This document shows positions 28,779-38,014 of a stretch of DNA of 64,000 nucleotides, piece by piece. The position numbers were made by a program, and so were the translations under genes. The notes beneath the pieces were generated by a model. That model searched no databases, was not told the DNA's origin, and saw nothing but the letters and a program-made list of their open reading frames with translations. The stretch's first letter is position 1, and each line of letters starts with the position of its first letter. The stretch is from a virus (Duplodnaviria > Heunggongvirae > Uroviricota > Caudoviricetes), in the IMG/VR virus record IMGVR_UViG_3300035210_000190, one strand, 5' to 3'.

Positions 28779-29060
28779 ATGATTTCCACTCTTACTTTGC
28801 GTGATTCCACAGGCCGAATCAAAACGTTTTCCAAGAACCAAGATTTTTCAGCGTATGAAAAACATAACTGGAAGCTGGGTAAAGGCTTGAACGGTGAGAT
28901 GGTGACTTACCTTGAAGTACCGACTAATTCGCATATTAAGCTTGGTTTTGGCGATGACCCAAGTAGTTTCATGATTATCCATGTGTTTGCGGGTGATTTT
29001 TTCACGTTGGAAGATGAATACGCTCCGGCTGTGAATCCATTGACACCGTTGGGTCTTTAA
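28779..29060 (+). CDS. Hypothetical protein
   Basis: Co-oriented, 3-nt gap. Confidence 0.7.
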   Translation: MISTLTLRDSTGRIKTFSKNQDFSAYEKHNWKLGKGLNGEMVTYLEVPTNSHIKLGFGDDPSSFMIIHVFAGDFFTLEDEYAPAVNPLTPLGL

Positions 29061-29062
29061 AT

Positions 29063-29209
29063 ATGACTACAAGCTCAGTGACAGTGCCTAATCACTCATC
29101 ACAGTCTGAATGGGCGTTTTTGATGAATTTGCGGTTTAGCGAAGTTTGTATTGTGGCAGCAAAAGTATCGCTGTATCATCAGTTGTGCAAACAATACAAT
29201 ATCAAATAA
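29063..29209 (+). CDS. Possible 48-aa protein MTTSSVTVPNH...CKQYNIK
   Basis: Read manually; 2 nt after previous stop and just before terminator CAGTCAAC-TTCG-GTTGGCT. Confidence 0.45.
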   Translation: MTTSSVTVPNHSSQSEWAFLMNLRFSEVCIVAAKVSLYHQLCKQYNIK

Positions 29210-29302
29210 GTCTTTTGTTTAAATCAGTCAACTTCGGTTGGCTTTTTTTTTGACTAACTTTAAATAAATTCTATAATAATAGTATTAACCTTCTATTTAA
29301 AT

Positions 29303-29902
29303 ATGCAGATAACCAGACAAGAACTTTTGGAAAAAGTTAAACAAGCTGTCATTAAACTTAATGATGTTAACTTTATCAATCACGTTATCAGCCATCAACC
29401 AGCCACATTTACCAATATGTTCTGGTCAAAAAATATGGGATATTCATTAGTTCCGTTTGGATTAGAAATGATGGGCGTTAAAGGGTCTAAATACCTCAGA
29501 AAAAGGCCGCTAATGTTTACTTACCTCTATCAATACAACTTAATCAATGACGACATCACTCAAGTTATAGAACACACTAAGAGTGGAACACCCAATAATA
29601 TTCAATACATTTATAAGGATGGTTATTCTACTATTGGTTTAAAAGTTGACAGTCATAACATAGGTATTAGTTTAACTGAGGTTATTTCTGATAACGGTGG
29701 TTGTGTGTCTGCTTTGAGAGTGGATAACTATAATCGTTTTTGGTATAACGAATATGTCTATGTTGATGGAAAAGTTAAACATATTTTGTGTGATGCCTAC
29801 AACTGTTCTACTGACACTCTTGAATTGGAATATGTAGACAACACGGTTAGCCGTATCTATGTTGTTAATAATGGGATAACTCGCAACTTCTACGAAATCT
29901 AA
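29303..29902 (+). CDS. Hypothetical protein
   Basis: 199-aa ORF with own promoter. Confidence 0.75.
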   Translation: MQITRQELLEKVKQAVIKLNDVNFINHVISHQPATFTNMFWSKNMGYSLVPFGLEMMGVKGSKYLRKRPLMFTYLYQYNLINDDITQVIEHTKSGTPNNIQYIYKDGYSTIGLKVDSHNIGISLTEVISDNGGCVSALRVDNYNRFWYNEYVYVDGKVKHILCDAYNCSTDTLELEYVDNTVSRIYVVNNGITRNFYEI

Positions 29903-29981
29903 TAATCTCATTTTTGTTGAGCTGTTTTTTCTTGCCAACACTCTGTTTTTTTGTTATAATCTATGCAATTAAACAGAGATC

Positions 29982-30407
29982 ATGATCATGAAATCCACCC
30001 GACTACTCAATGCCCTTGATAGCTTCCAATCGTATCAATCACTCAAAAAAGACATGGAAGATATTTTTACCCAAGTCACACTTGACCCAGTGAAAGACAA
30101 AGTTGAAATCGCTTATATCAACCGAGAAATCGCTTGCTTTGTCAGCTCTATGGAAATAGAACAAGAAGATTTCAATAAAGTTTGTGGTTTTGATGTTGAT
30201 TTGGAGGTTATTGACCAACGTGACCTCTATGACATCTTAAAAGAACTTCAAGAAGAAGAAAAATACCTTTCCGGTATGGCTGCTGCTTGGGAATCTGGTG
30301 ATGCTTGTGAAATGGCGTGCAATGATCCCGGCCTGCAGTATGAGCAAGGTGAAAAAGTTGAACAGCTTTGGGCTGACTTTGACAATGCTTACAACAAAAG
30401 TAATTGA
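29982..30407 (+). CDS. Acidic hypothetical protein
   Basis: Own promoter; terminator 30423..30446. Confidence 0.8.
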   Translation: MIMKSTRLLNALDSFQSYQSLKKDMEDIFTQVTLDPVKDKVEIAYINREIACFVSSMEIEQEDFNKVCGFDVDLEVIDQRDLYDILKELQEEEKYLSGMAAAWESGDACEMACNDPGLQYEQGEKVEQLWADFDNAYNKSN

Positions 30408-30422
30408 TATTTTGATAGTTAT

Positions 30423-30446
30423 AAAAGGAGCTTCGGCTCCTTTTTT
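30423..30446 (+). terminator. Intrinsic terminator; core identical to 62514..62535
   Basis: AAGGAGC-TTCG-GCTCCTTTTTT. Confidence 0.9.
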
Positions 30447-30647
30447 GTTTTAAAATTTTATCAAATATTGTTTGATTTGACTTTGTATGTCTGAATGTTA
30501 ATCTATTTAAGAGGTTATTATACCCTTGCCATGTAGACTAGAAGGCGAAGCGACAGCAATAATTTAAAATCACTTAAACTCAATTTTCTTTAACGATCAT
30601 TGATGTCATCTACAGCCATTTTACGATCATAATTAAGGAATATTACT

Positions 30648-31439
30648 ATGAAATCAAATGACATAATATTAAACAGTCAAAATTTAACTGTTTCCAAAAA
30701 AAACCTCAAAAAATCCTTAGCCGCTATGGGCATTGATATCACATTATCTAATTCTGCTAATGTGTTAGCTCAAACTTTTGGCTTTAAACATGAGCATGAA
30801 TTACAAGAGAACTTAAAAAAAACTATTTTTGAACAAGATGATTATGAACTACTGTCATTTTATTTTGATGAACTTTTAGAACTCTTTGAGCTTGGTGTTA
30901 ATTTAATAGCAAAATATAAAAACAATGCTTTTAATATTTTTGATTCAGTCAATTCTGGCATTACATCTTTTGATCGTTTTACTGTACAGAAGATGGATGA
31001 AATTAGAGATCTATTTAAAACAAATAAAGATATTATTATTCATTCTGGCATGAATTTGCCATACTTTAGAGTTGTTAGACGATTATTTAATACAGTAAGT
31101 CTTAGAAACCTAGGAAAAGATAACCATGATTTCTATTTATTTTATCAATTCTATAATTATCATAATATTGAACCATACTTTCTAATGAAGAATGAACATA
31201 GGAAAGATTTTTATTTTCAACCAAAATCATTTGAACATGACATTAACTGCTACCATTCGGATTATGCTGGATCATTTTCACCTACAAAACCAGTAAATCG
31301 GTCAGTTGAAAGTTATGACAAGCTTTCTGGTATTCTTATTAAGCGAGATATTTACTCGATAGGTTGCGAAAAAATAGATGTAGGTCAATCGTTTCATACT
31401 CATTCTTATGCCGTAATAAACTATAAACAATCTCAATAG
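30648..31439 (+). CDS. Hypothetical protein; N-terminus resembles a small helical (Glyoxalase_8-like) domain
   Basis: LKKSLAAMGIDITLSNSANVLAQTFGFKHEHEL pattern; recognised by eye only. Confidence 0.6.
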   Translation: MKSNDIILNSQNLTVSKKNLKKSLAAMGIDITLSNSANVLAQTFGFKHEHELQENLKKTIFEQDDYELLSFYFDELLELFELGVNLIAKYKNNAFNIFDSVNSGITSFDRFTVQKMDEIRDLFKTNKDIIIHSGMNLPYFRVVRRLFNTVSLRNLGKDNHDFYLFYQFYNYHNIEPYFLMKNEHRKDFYFQPKSFEHDINCYHSDYAGSFSPTKPVNRSVESYDKLSGILIKRDIYSIGCEKIDVGQSFHTHSYAVINYKQSQ

Positions 31440-31500
31440 AGGTTGTTTTTTTATGGTTTTAATGTTAATATAACACATCAATTTCTAGGAGTAATCTATT

Positions 31501-31764
31501 ATGCGTCCAGTCACTAAGTTTTGGGTTAACGATAAAACTCGTATGTGCTCCATGACTATGGGTGCAAAAGAAGACGCTGATAATGTCAAGGCTGGCTTCC
31601 GCGAAGTCACTGCAGAAGAACAAGATGCTTTCCGTGCTGAAACCAAAGTATTGAAAGAAGCTAAGAAAACACCAAAAGGGAAAGGTAAAAAAGCTGATTC
31701 TGGTTTGGTGATCAATGCGACAGCAGCAGAACTTGCAAAATTGGTTGAAGACTTTAATAAATAA
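31501..31764 (+). CDS. Hypothetical protein
   Basis: AGGAG RBS, host-like codon usage. Confidence 0.8.
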   Translation: MRPVTKFWVNDKTRMCSMTMGAKEDADNVKAGFREVTAEEQDAFRAETKVLKEAKKTPKGKGKKADSGLVINATAAELAKLVEDFNK

Positions 31765-31794
31765 TTGAAACTTTGATAGACGGAGTATAAACAA

Positions 31795-32007
31795 TTGTCA
31801 GAATATCAAGATAGTGGACTTACCAAGCCTGAACGATATAGCATGTCTCGAAATCAGGTTAATCAAGACTTTGATAAAAAGATTGAAAACAAATCATTTT
31901 TCACTTCTAAAACTTCTATTCAAGAAGAACGTGAAATAGCACTTAAAAAAGTTCATGATCAATATTGGGGCAGTGGCAATCGTGGTGGAAGCTTCTGCAC
32001 TGAATAA
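31795..32007 (+). CDS. Small protein, paralog of 32041..32250 (TTG start)
   Basis: GGAG RBS; YxMS..VNQxFDKK..NKSFF.SK.SI..R..ALK.VHDQYWG shared. Confidence 0.8.
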   Translation: MSEYQDSGLTKPERYSMSRNQVNQDFDKKIENKSFFTSKTSIQEEREIALKKVHDQYWGSGNRGGSFCTE

Positions 32008-32040
32008 TTACAATATACAAATTCATAAGAGGATAATTAA

Positions 32041-32250
32041 ATGGCAGAATCACATCCAGAATTAGGTTTGAGTAAACAGGATTTTTATCGTATGTCGAAA
32101 CATGAAGTTAATCAAGAATTTGATAAAAAACTTGCAAATAAATCATTTTTTGATTCCAAAAAGTCAATTGAAGCTGACCGTGAGAAAGCCTTGAAAGGTG
32201 TCCATGATCAATATTGGGGTGGTGGCAGTGGTGGTGGTTTCTGCGACTAA
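32041..32250 (+). CDS. Small protein, paralog of 31795..32007
   Basis: GAGG RBS; shared motif; Gly-rich Cys-containing tail. Confidence 0.85.
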   Translation: MAESHPELGLSKQDFYRMSKHEVNQEFDKKLANKSFFDSKKSIEADREKALKGVHDQYWGGGSGGGFCD

Positions 32251-32350
32251 ACTAGTTTAACACTTTCAAAATAAAGACACTTCGGTGTCTTTTTTATTGA
32301 CTATGACTTTATTTGTGTTAATTTTAAAAGTTACATAAACAGGAGTTCAC

Positions 32351-32743
32351 ATGTCAAAAGAACAGGATAAAAATACACCGTTTCAACATACATTTTATAA
32401 TAAATCTGTTTTATTGATCAACCGTCATTATGATAATGAGTTGTTGAAAAAATCTTTTTTCACATCAAAAAAATCTATTGAAAGATCACGTTCACTTGAA
32501 TTGCAGGCTCTTCAACAAAACCTAGACAGTCTAAAAAAGTCATCAACGACAGCACCTCTTATAGATATTGCTTCTGGTCGTGAGGACACATATCAAGCCT
32601 CAGTTAAAATTATAAATGATTATTTTGACAAAAAACTGTTGAAAAAATCTCTATTTTCGTCTACAATAGCTATTCAAATGGCTCGTAAGATAGAGCTAGA
32701 AAAGATTGAAAATAAGTTTTTTAATAAACAACTTCGCAGCTAG
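32351..32743 (+). CDS. Protein with two copies of the same FDKK..KSFF.S..I unit
   Basis: AGGAG RBS; internal duplication. Confidence 0.8.
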   Translation: MSKEQDKNTPFQHTFYNKSVLLINRHYDNELLKKSFFTSKKSIERSRSLELQALQQNLDSLKKSSTTAPLIDIASGREDTYQASVKIINDYFDKKLLKKSLFSSTIAIQMARKIELEKIENKFFNKQLRS

Positions 32744-32771
32744 CCTAAAAGCCAACCATATAGGTGTATTG

Positions 32772-33236
32772 ATGAACCATTATGTTATCTCTCAGCATGA
32801 GTCCTACGAATACGAAGGCACTAATAGTGTTCCAGTGGCTATTCGTCATTGCGATGAGTTGGATGTGATTGCAGAGGTGGCTATGCTTAACGCTAACGTG
32901 ACCACTGAACAGGATGATTTGGTCAGTCATTATTACACTTATCATGAAGTTCCGTTGGCTGGATTCGGAACTACGTTTGATCTGCCTTCAAAAAAGGCTG
33001 AGTACAATTTGGTATCCTTGCGTAACCAGATGGAATTCAACATTGAGCGTGCTCATGTGTTTTACAATCATGGCAAAGAAAACATCTTCTGTAGCCGCCA
33101 TGATACATTTAAAGCCTACTTTTTGGAAGATCATCGTTGCCGTGAGCGTGCGGTTGGTATTCCATATGAACAAGTGGAAGAAATGTTTGATGAAGTGTTT
33201 TTGGCTTATGTCAAACGCGGTATTCGCCTCGTATAA
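32772..33236 (+). CDS. Hypothetical protein
   Basis: AGGTG RBS before ATG 32772; terminator follows. Confidence 0.8.
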   Translation: MNHYVISQHESYEYEGTNSVPVAIRHCDELDVIAEVAMLNANVTTEQDDLVSHYYTYHEVPLAGFGTTFDLPSKKAEYNLVSLRNQMEFNIERAHVFYNHGKENIFCSRHDTFKAYFLEDHRCRERAVGIPYEQVEEMFDEVFLAYVKRGIRLV

Positions 33237-33340
33237 CCTCAATTTCATGAATAAGGTCACTTCGGTGGCCTTTTTTCGTTGTTAAACAGCGTTTCTTGGT
33301 GTATAATAAGCTCCTATTCATTAATTCAAGGTAAGTAGCA

Positions 33341-33703
33341 ATGTCCAGCAAAACGAAAGCAGGAAAAGGCCATTCTATTCCAAACCCAGTGATGTTTTCT
33401 GTCACTATTGATACCGATGATGATTTCACGGTTGATGGTGAAACTCATGTAAAACGCAATATCACTGTGACCGGCAATGGTGATGTAACCGCCAATTTGT
33501 CGAAACACTTGTTGGATCTCCATTATGACTGCCATGCTCGCAGTGCATTCAAGGTAGACGACTTCAAAAAAATGATTCGTAGCCGTGACTTCAAGGACGC
33601 AATCCATAAACTGACGTTGCCAAAAGATCATTTTGATTACAGCCCGCGTGTTTCTGCTGGTGGCAATCACACGATTGTTATCACACTGGCCGACTCTATC
33701 TAA
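33341..33703 (+). CDS. Hypothetical protein
   Basis: Own promoter, AAGG RBS. Confidence 0.8.
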   Translation: MSSKTKAGKGHSIPNPVMFSVTIDTDDDFTVDGETHVKRNITVTGNGDVTANLSKHLLDLHYDCHARSAFKVDDFKKMIRSRDFKDAIHKLTLPKDHFDYSPRVSAGGNHTIVITLADSI

Positions 33704-33733
33704 CCAACACTCTACCTATTAGGAATTGAATTT

Positions 33734-34252
33734 ATGACCACTAAACGCACATTGCTGATCAATATGTTTGACGGCGAGCATCACCATCCTTATATGTATA
33801 AAACGGGTTTTGATTTTCTTCGCCAATGTTCGGATGTTGAAATTATTCAGCACATGCACAGTCATTTGGCAAAAGTAGATTTGAGCAGCTACACCGATCA
33901 TGGAGCAAAATCTTATCTTCAAATGCTCTATGTTATCTTTAAAGATATTGAAGAGTCGTTTTTTATTGCCAAAGAAAATGACATTACTCACCTTAAATCG
34001 GTTTTTGTTCAATATTTTAAAAAGACAGGTGAGTTTGATGATGAACATATCAAACATGTGTTTAATGCAGACCTTGAAAAGATGGCTGAAACTGCCAATA
34101 AAGCTTTGAACATGAAGGATCAACCATACAAAATTGTTCTGGATAAAGTCTTGGAATCAATTGACGAAATTAATGGTTGCTTTGTTCTCGACAATCGACC
34201 TGTTGTGGCCCTTGAACAAATCTTTATTGATCGAATCAACGCCGTCTCGTAA
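33734..34252 (+). CDS. Hypothetical protein
   Basis: AGGA RBS, 172 aa. Confidence 0.8.
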   Translation: MTTKRTLLINMFDGEHHHPYMYKTGFDFLRQCSDVEIIQHMHSHLAKVDLSSYTDHGAKSYLQMLYVIFKDIEESFFIAKENDITHLKSVFVQYFKKTGEFDDEHIKHVFNADLEKMAETANKALNMKDQPYKIVLDKVLESIDEINGCFVLDNRPVVALEQIFIDRINAVS

Positions 34253-34270
34253 AAAAAATACAAAAAAGTG

Positions 34271-34299
34271 TTGACGTTGTAGGTGAAAGTCACTATAAT
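34271..34299 (+). promoter_or_regulatory. Sigma70-type promoter of the tRNA-like operon
   Basis: TTGACG-17-TATAAT; unit ends at terminator 34604..34631. Confidence 0.85.
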
Positions 34300-34418
34300 A
34301 ATCGTCATCAAGAAGGGAAATACATTCTTGATTTTCGTTAAAAAGATGTGGATTATTTTAAGTTTCTCATAATCTGTATCGAGGGCGTGAAAGCAATTTT
34401 AGGCTTCGTCTGTTCCAC

Positions 34419-34491
34419 AGAGGTGTATATCAGTTGGTAGATAGTCTCCCTCGCAGGGAGAAGGTCGCGGGTTCAAGTCCCGTCACTGATG
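34419..34491 (+). tRNA. Degenerate tRNA-like element, nominal anticodon CGC (Ala)
   Basis: D arm TATC-AGTTGGTA-GATA, anticodon arm TCTCC-CTCGCAG-GGAGA, T arm GCGGG-TTCAAGT-CCCGT; two acceptor mismatches, no CCA. Confidence 0.6.
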
Positions 34492-34519
34492 TGGATTTAG
34501 GCCGAGAGGTCAGGACAAA

Positions 34520-34593
34520 TACGGTGTATATCAGCGGCCTAGATAATCTCTCTAACCGAGAGAAGGACGTAGGTTCAAATCCTACCACTGTAT
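34520..34593 (+). tRNA. tRNA-like element, nominal anticodon AAC (Val), atypical loop
   Basis: Full acceptor TACGGTG/CACTGTA, D arm TATC/GATA, anticodon arm TCTCT-CTAACCG-AGAGA, T arm GTAGG-TTCAAAT-CCTAC; no encoded CCA. Confidence 0.7.
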
Positions 34594-34603
34594 TGCAAGA
34601 ACC

Positions 34604-34631
34604 AAAAAGACTTCTTCGGAAGTCTTTTTTT
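34604..34631 (+). terminator. Intrinsic terminator
   Basis: AAAAAGACTTC-TTCG-GAAGTCTTTTTTT. Confidence 0.9.
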
Positions 34632-34767
34632 TGCTTAAAAGATCGTGATGTTGATAAGGATTACATGACTTTTTAAAAAGCAAACATCGGTGAGGCGTCA
34701 CTTCATTGTTGTCTTCGCTCCTATAATTTGCTATAATTGTTCATCAAATAAACGAATGAGATAGAAC

Positions 34768-35352
34768 ATGAGCCAATCGTTAGCTTATTTCATGCATGAC
34801 ATGCTTAATGTTGACCGGGATCAATCCATTCAAGTGATTGGTCAGCTTGCACCTATTGATTTGGCTCAAATGACTGATTATTTTCCAGAGTGTGAGGCGA
34901 TTGGTTGGGATTTCACCGAACGCATGAAAAACGTTGGTGTATCAAAAGCGGCGGGTATTGATGAAACTATCTTTGCTCATGAGGATTTTTTGTCGTTCAA
35001 TGTCGATGAAGACTGTCCAGAATTTGAAAATTTCTTGAATGAACACTATCCAGTGCTAGCAGATGTTAGTAGCACTTACATGTTTTGTTCCGCTTCTTAT
35101 GCTCAGATGCATGATGACTCCAATTTGTCTTCTCGGGGGCAATTGATGTTCATTGTCAGCAACCTGTCGAAGCATTCGTTTATTTCTATTGATGTGGATG
35201 GTGTAAAGCACGAAGTCATTCCAGAAGCCGGGGATATTCTGTTTATGGACATTGCTTGCAGACATGCTCTGTTTCCAAAACAAGTTGATGTCAACAACCT
35301 AGATGCTATTCAACCGCTTAAAATGGCAATGATTTCAATCAATGGGTTCTAG
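34768..35352 (+). CDS. Possible 2OG-Fe(II) oxygenase / cupin-fold protein
   Basis: HxD in AQMHDD; distal His in GDILFMDIACRHAL. Confidence 0.55.
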   Translation: MSQSLAYFMHDMLNVDRDQSIQVIGQLAPIDLAQMTDYFPECEAIGWDFTERMKNVGVSKAAGIDETIFAHEDFLSFNVDEDCPEFENFLNEHYPVLADVSSTYMFCSASYAQMHDDSNLSSRGQLMFIVSNLSKHSFISIDVDGVKHEVIPEAGDILFMDIACRHALFPKQVDVNNLDAIQPLKMAMISINGF

Positions 35353-35434
35353 CATTTTTGAGTTTTCAAACTGTAGCATTTTCAAAATCTATATGGTATA
35401 ATCATTTCGTCAAACACATAAAGGATATGAGATT

Positions 35435-35620
35435 ATGAAAGCTTATGGTCACTCCCGTCATGACAAAATCGAATGCCGCTATGGCTGCTGCACCACCAAA
35501 TCCGGCAAAGCCAAAAACTGCCGTGGTGTTGTAGACCGTGCTAACCGTAAAACTGCCCGTCAGTCCGGCATCAAAGAAATCGCTGTAACCATCCGTGAAG
35601 CCTCGGTGGTTGAGGATTAA
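35435..35620 (+). CDS. Small basic Cys-rich protein
   Basis: AAGGA RBS; CRYGCC...C motif, Arg/Lys-rich. Confidence 0.75.
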   Translation: MKAYGHSRHDKIECRYGCCTTKSGKAKNCRGVVDRANRKTARQSGIKEIAVTIREASVVED

Positions 35621-35622
35621 TC

Positions 35623-35994
35623 ATGGATCTCGACTTCATCGTTAGCCATATTGAAAAAACGCTGACAGATGATTTGTTGAAGCCTGTCTATCGTAAGATG
35701 AATGACAGGCATTTGACCACTGGTCATTGCTATGCCGCTTCTGAGGCAGTTTTTCATCTCTTGGGTGGTGGTGAACAATGGATGTCTTGTTGTGGTCGTG
35801 ATGAGACTGGTGGAACTCATTGGTGGCTGAAAAACAAAGCATCTGGTCAAATTGTTGATGTAACTTCTTCACAGTTTACCCACTTCGGCAAGTCCCCGCC
35901 TTATGCCAATGGCCGTCCTGTAGGTTTTCTTACTAAACTCCCCAGCAAACGAGCTGTTGTTATCATTGAGCGTCTAAAATCATTGAAAAATTAG
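35623..35994 (+). CDS. Hypothetical protein with putative Cys-His-Asp triad (transglutaminase/papain-like)
   Basis: GHCYAASEA, THWWL and DVTSSQF in triad order; GAGG RBS. Confidence 0.55.
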   Translation: MDLDFIVSHIEKTLTDDLLKPVYRKMNDRHLTTGHCYAASEAVFHLLGGGEQWMSCCGRDETGGTHWWLKNKASGQIVDVTSSQFTHFGKSPPYANGRPVGFLTKLPSKRAVVIIERLKSLKN

Positions 35995-36012
35995 CTTTTT
36001 AGTGGTATAATC

Positions 36013-36318
36013 ATGGCCTACTCAATAGAGATAATGACCATGAAAATTATCGAACGCATTCAAAAAGTCATCCACAATTACAAAAATCCTTCGGATGAGA
36101 AGCTTTTCGCAAAAGCCTACAAACTTTATCACTTGTTCGCCAGTTATCATCACCTGCAACATACTCGGGGTGGCTATATCGCGGCTGTTAAAAATAAAAA
36201 TGATATGTATTCGCGGCTTGAAGCCATTCGTGACATGGATGCGAATGATGCTCGCACTCAAGAAATCAAAGACACCATTGAAGCTTTCAAAAAACTCAAT
36301 AAAATTGGCTTTCGCTGA
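36013..36318 (+). CDS. Hypothetical protein, paralog of 36327..36611
   Basis: IH.YKNPSD.KLF.KA..LY shared; start may be 36040. Confidence 0.8.
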   Translation: MAYSIEIMTMKIIERIQKVIHNYKNPSDEKLFAKAYKLYHLFASYHHLQHTRGGYIAAVKNKNDMYSRLEAIRDMDANDARTQEIKDTIEAFKKLNKIGFR

Positions 36319-36326
36319 TAGGTGAG

Positions 36327-36611
36327 TTGATGAATATTATCAAACTGATTAAAAAAGCCATTCATGACTACAAAAATCCTTCGGATTCTAAGCTTTTTAA
36401 TAAAGCTCTAAGTCTTTACAGTTTGTATGTCAGCAATAATATTCGTTATCATGTAGTCTACAAGCATAAGATGTATGGAACTCAACAAGCTATTGTCATC
36501 AGAGACAAGATGTTCAATATGCTTTGTTCGATTCCTGATATGCCAGTAGGTGCGGAACGCCGTAAGAAAATAGTCGAAATGGTGGCGTTGTTTAAGCAAT
36601 ATAACCGCTAG
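36327..36611 (+). CDS. Hypothetical protein, paralog of 36013..36318
   Basis: AGGTG RBS; shared motif. Confidence 0.8.
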   Translation: MMNIIKLIKKAIHDYKNPSDSKLFNKALSLYSLYVSNNIRYHVVYKHKMYGTQQAIVIRDKMFNMLCSIPDMPVGAERRKKIVEMVALFKQYNR

Positions 36612-36677
36612 TAAAACTAGACATTTCTAAGTTTTTTCGGTATAATTACCTCACTTAATCAATAGGAAGAACCTTCA

Positions 36678-37118
36678 ATGACTACTCAAATTAACCCTGA
36701 AATCTTGAAATCTCTGGCTCTGAATGCAATCGAACGCCTTGAAAAAGATAAACGGATTATCTGCAGTATGCCCAGCTTGATGTCTGCTGTTGATATGGAA
36801 ATTTTTTACGACAACAAAATTGAATCCATTCAGAAATTCCTGAAAGCGTTGTCGTTCACCAACGAAGTTGATGTTGAACTGTGTGAACTGCTTGAAAAAG
36901 AAGATTATTTGGTGGTCGCACAAGCCTTTGATAATGAAGTTAAAGTTTTTTCGGAAGCCATGACACTTCTTCACCGTCATATGCTGACTACTCCGGTTAA
37001 CCCTGAGAACACCGAAGCTGAAAATGAAAAAATGAAACCTTACTTTGATCAGCAATGGGCAATGGTTGAAGCGAAGCATGAGTTCTACCATCTTTACAAC
37101 CAAGTTCGGTATAACTAA
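36678..37118 (+). CDS. Hypothetical helical protein
   Basis: Own promoter; terminator ~37140..37168. Confidence 0.8.
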   Translation: MTTQINPEILKSLALNAIERLEKDKRIICSMPSLMSAVDMEIFYDNKIESIQKFLKALSFTNEVDVELCELLEKEDYLVVAQAFDNEVKVFSEAMTLLHRHMLTTPVNPENTEAENEKMKPYFDQQWAMVEAKHEFYHLYNQVRYN

Positions 37119-37185
37119 GTTAGCTAAACACTAGACAAAAAAAGACCACCTTCGGGTGGTTTTTTTTATCTTTAATAGTCGATTA

Positions 37186-38013
37186 TTAAATTTCAATCAT
37201 GTCATGAATTAAAACAATATCTCTTGCAGTTGTATAATCAGTGTCATGTTCTTTGTTATACCATTCTACAAAACTGGCTTCTAATTCTTTTGTATTCATT
37301 TTCTTTGTACTATGCACACTGACTATGCCATATTTCTTTTCTGATATTTTTCGTTTTATTTTAATATCACTTTTGGAAATTGAGAAGAATAGTTTACCAA
37401 AGTTGAAAAATATGTAATAGCCTGCATCACTGGTATAGATGTTTGCTTCGACATGACCTAATTTCTGGGTTTCATATTGATCTTTTTCATAAATAGAATC
37501 CAAATACGAAAATGTTTTTACCAATCTATTATTTTCAAATAACAAGTTGTCCATTATTTTTAAATTGGCATACAGACTTTGTTTTTCTTTAACATCCGAA
37601 TACCTTTCCAAAAAATATTGATTGTTTTGGAATTTCTCATTAATTAGTTTATTGATTATATTATGAACAGTGTTGTCATCAATACATTCACTGATAATAA
37701 ATTCGTGATCTAAATTTTTAACAAGTCCCTCAAACGCAGATGTTTGATAATAGAATGGATATCCTTGATTAAAACTAATCGTCAAGGTTTCTCTGGACAT
37801 GCTTAAATGAAACTCAGTGGTATAATCGCCTTCATAAATGTTGATAAGGTCATCAGCAAGTATAGATAAAATCCTTTTTACCTTTTCGGGCCTATCTGGT
37901 AGGTAGATAATGCCTTCTATCTGCGATGTGTCTACATTCTTTAATTGGCTTACTTGAATTTCTTGATCCATCCATGCATTCAGCACTAATGGTGTATTCT
38001 TGATTGTTTCCAT
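37186..38013 (-). CDS. Hypothetical protein, paralog of 38015..38833, ending HDMIEI
   Basis: LADDLINI..GDY.T, F..YPF, FSYL..IYE blocks shared. Confidence 0.9.
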   Translation of the reverse strand: METIKNTPLVLNAWMDQEIQVSQLKNVDTSQIEGIIYLPDRPEKVKRILSILADDLINIYEGDYTTEFHLSMSRETLTISFNQGYPFYYQTSAFEGLVKNLDHEFIISECIDDNTVHNIINKLINEKFQNNQYFLERYSDVKEKQSLYANLKIMDNLLFENNRLVKTFSYLDSIYEKDQYETQKLGHVEANIYTSDAGYYIFFNFGKLFFSISKSDIKIKRKISEKKYGIVSVHSTKKMNTKELEASFVEWYNKEHDTDYTTARDIVLIHDMIEI

Positions 38014-38014
38014 T

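Noticed and set aside
30505-30647. Possible riboswitch in the long leader of 30648
   Set aside because: Only short pairings (TGTAGA/TCTACA) and no recognisable aptamer consensus
34434-34676. 80-aa ORF in the track
   Set aside because: Overlaps both tRNA-like genes and crosses the terminator; no RBS
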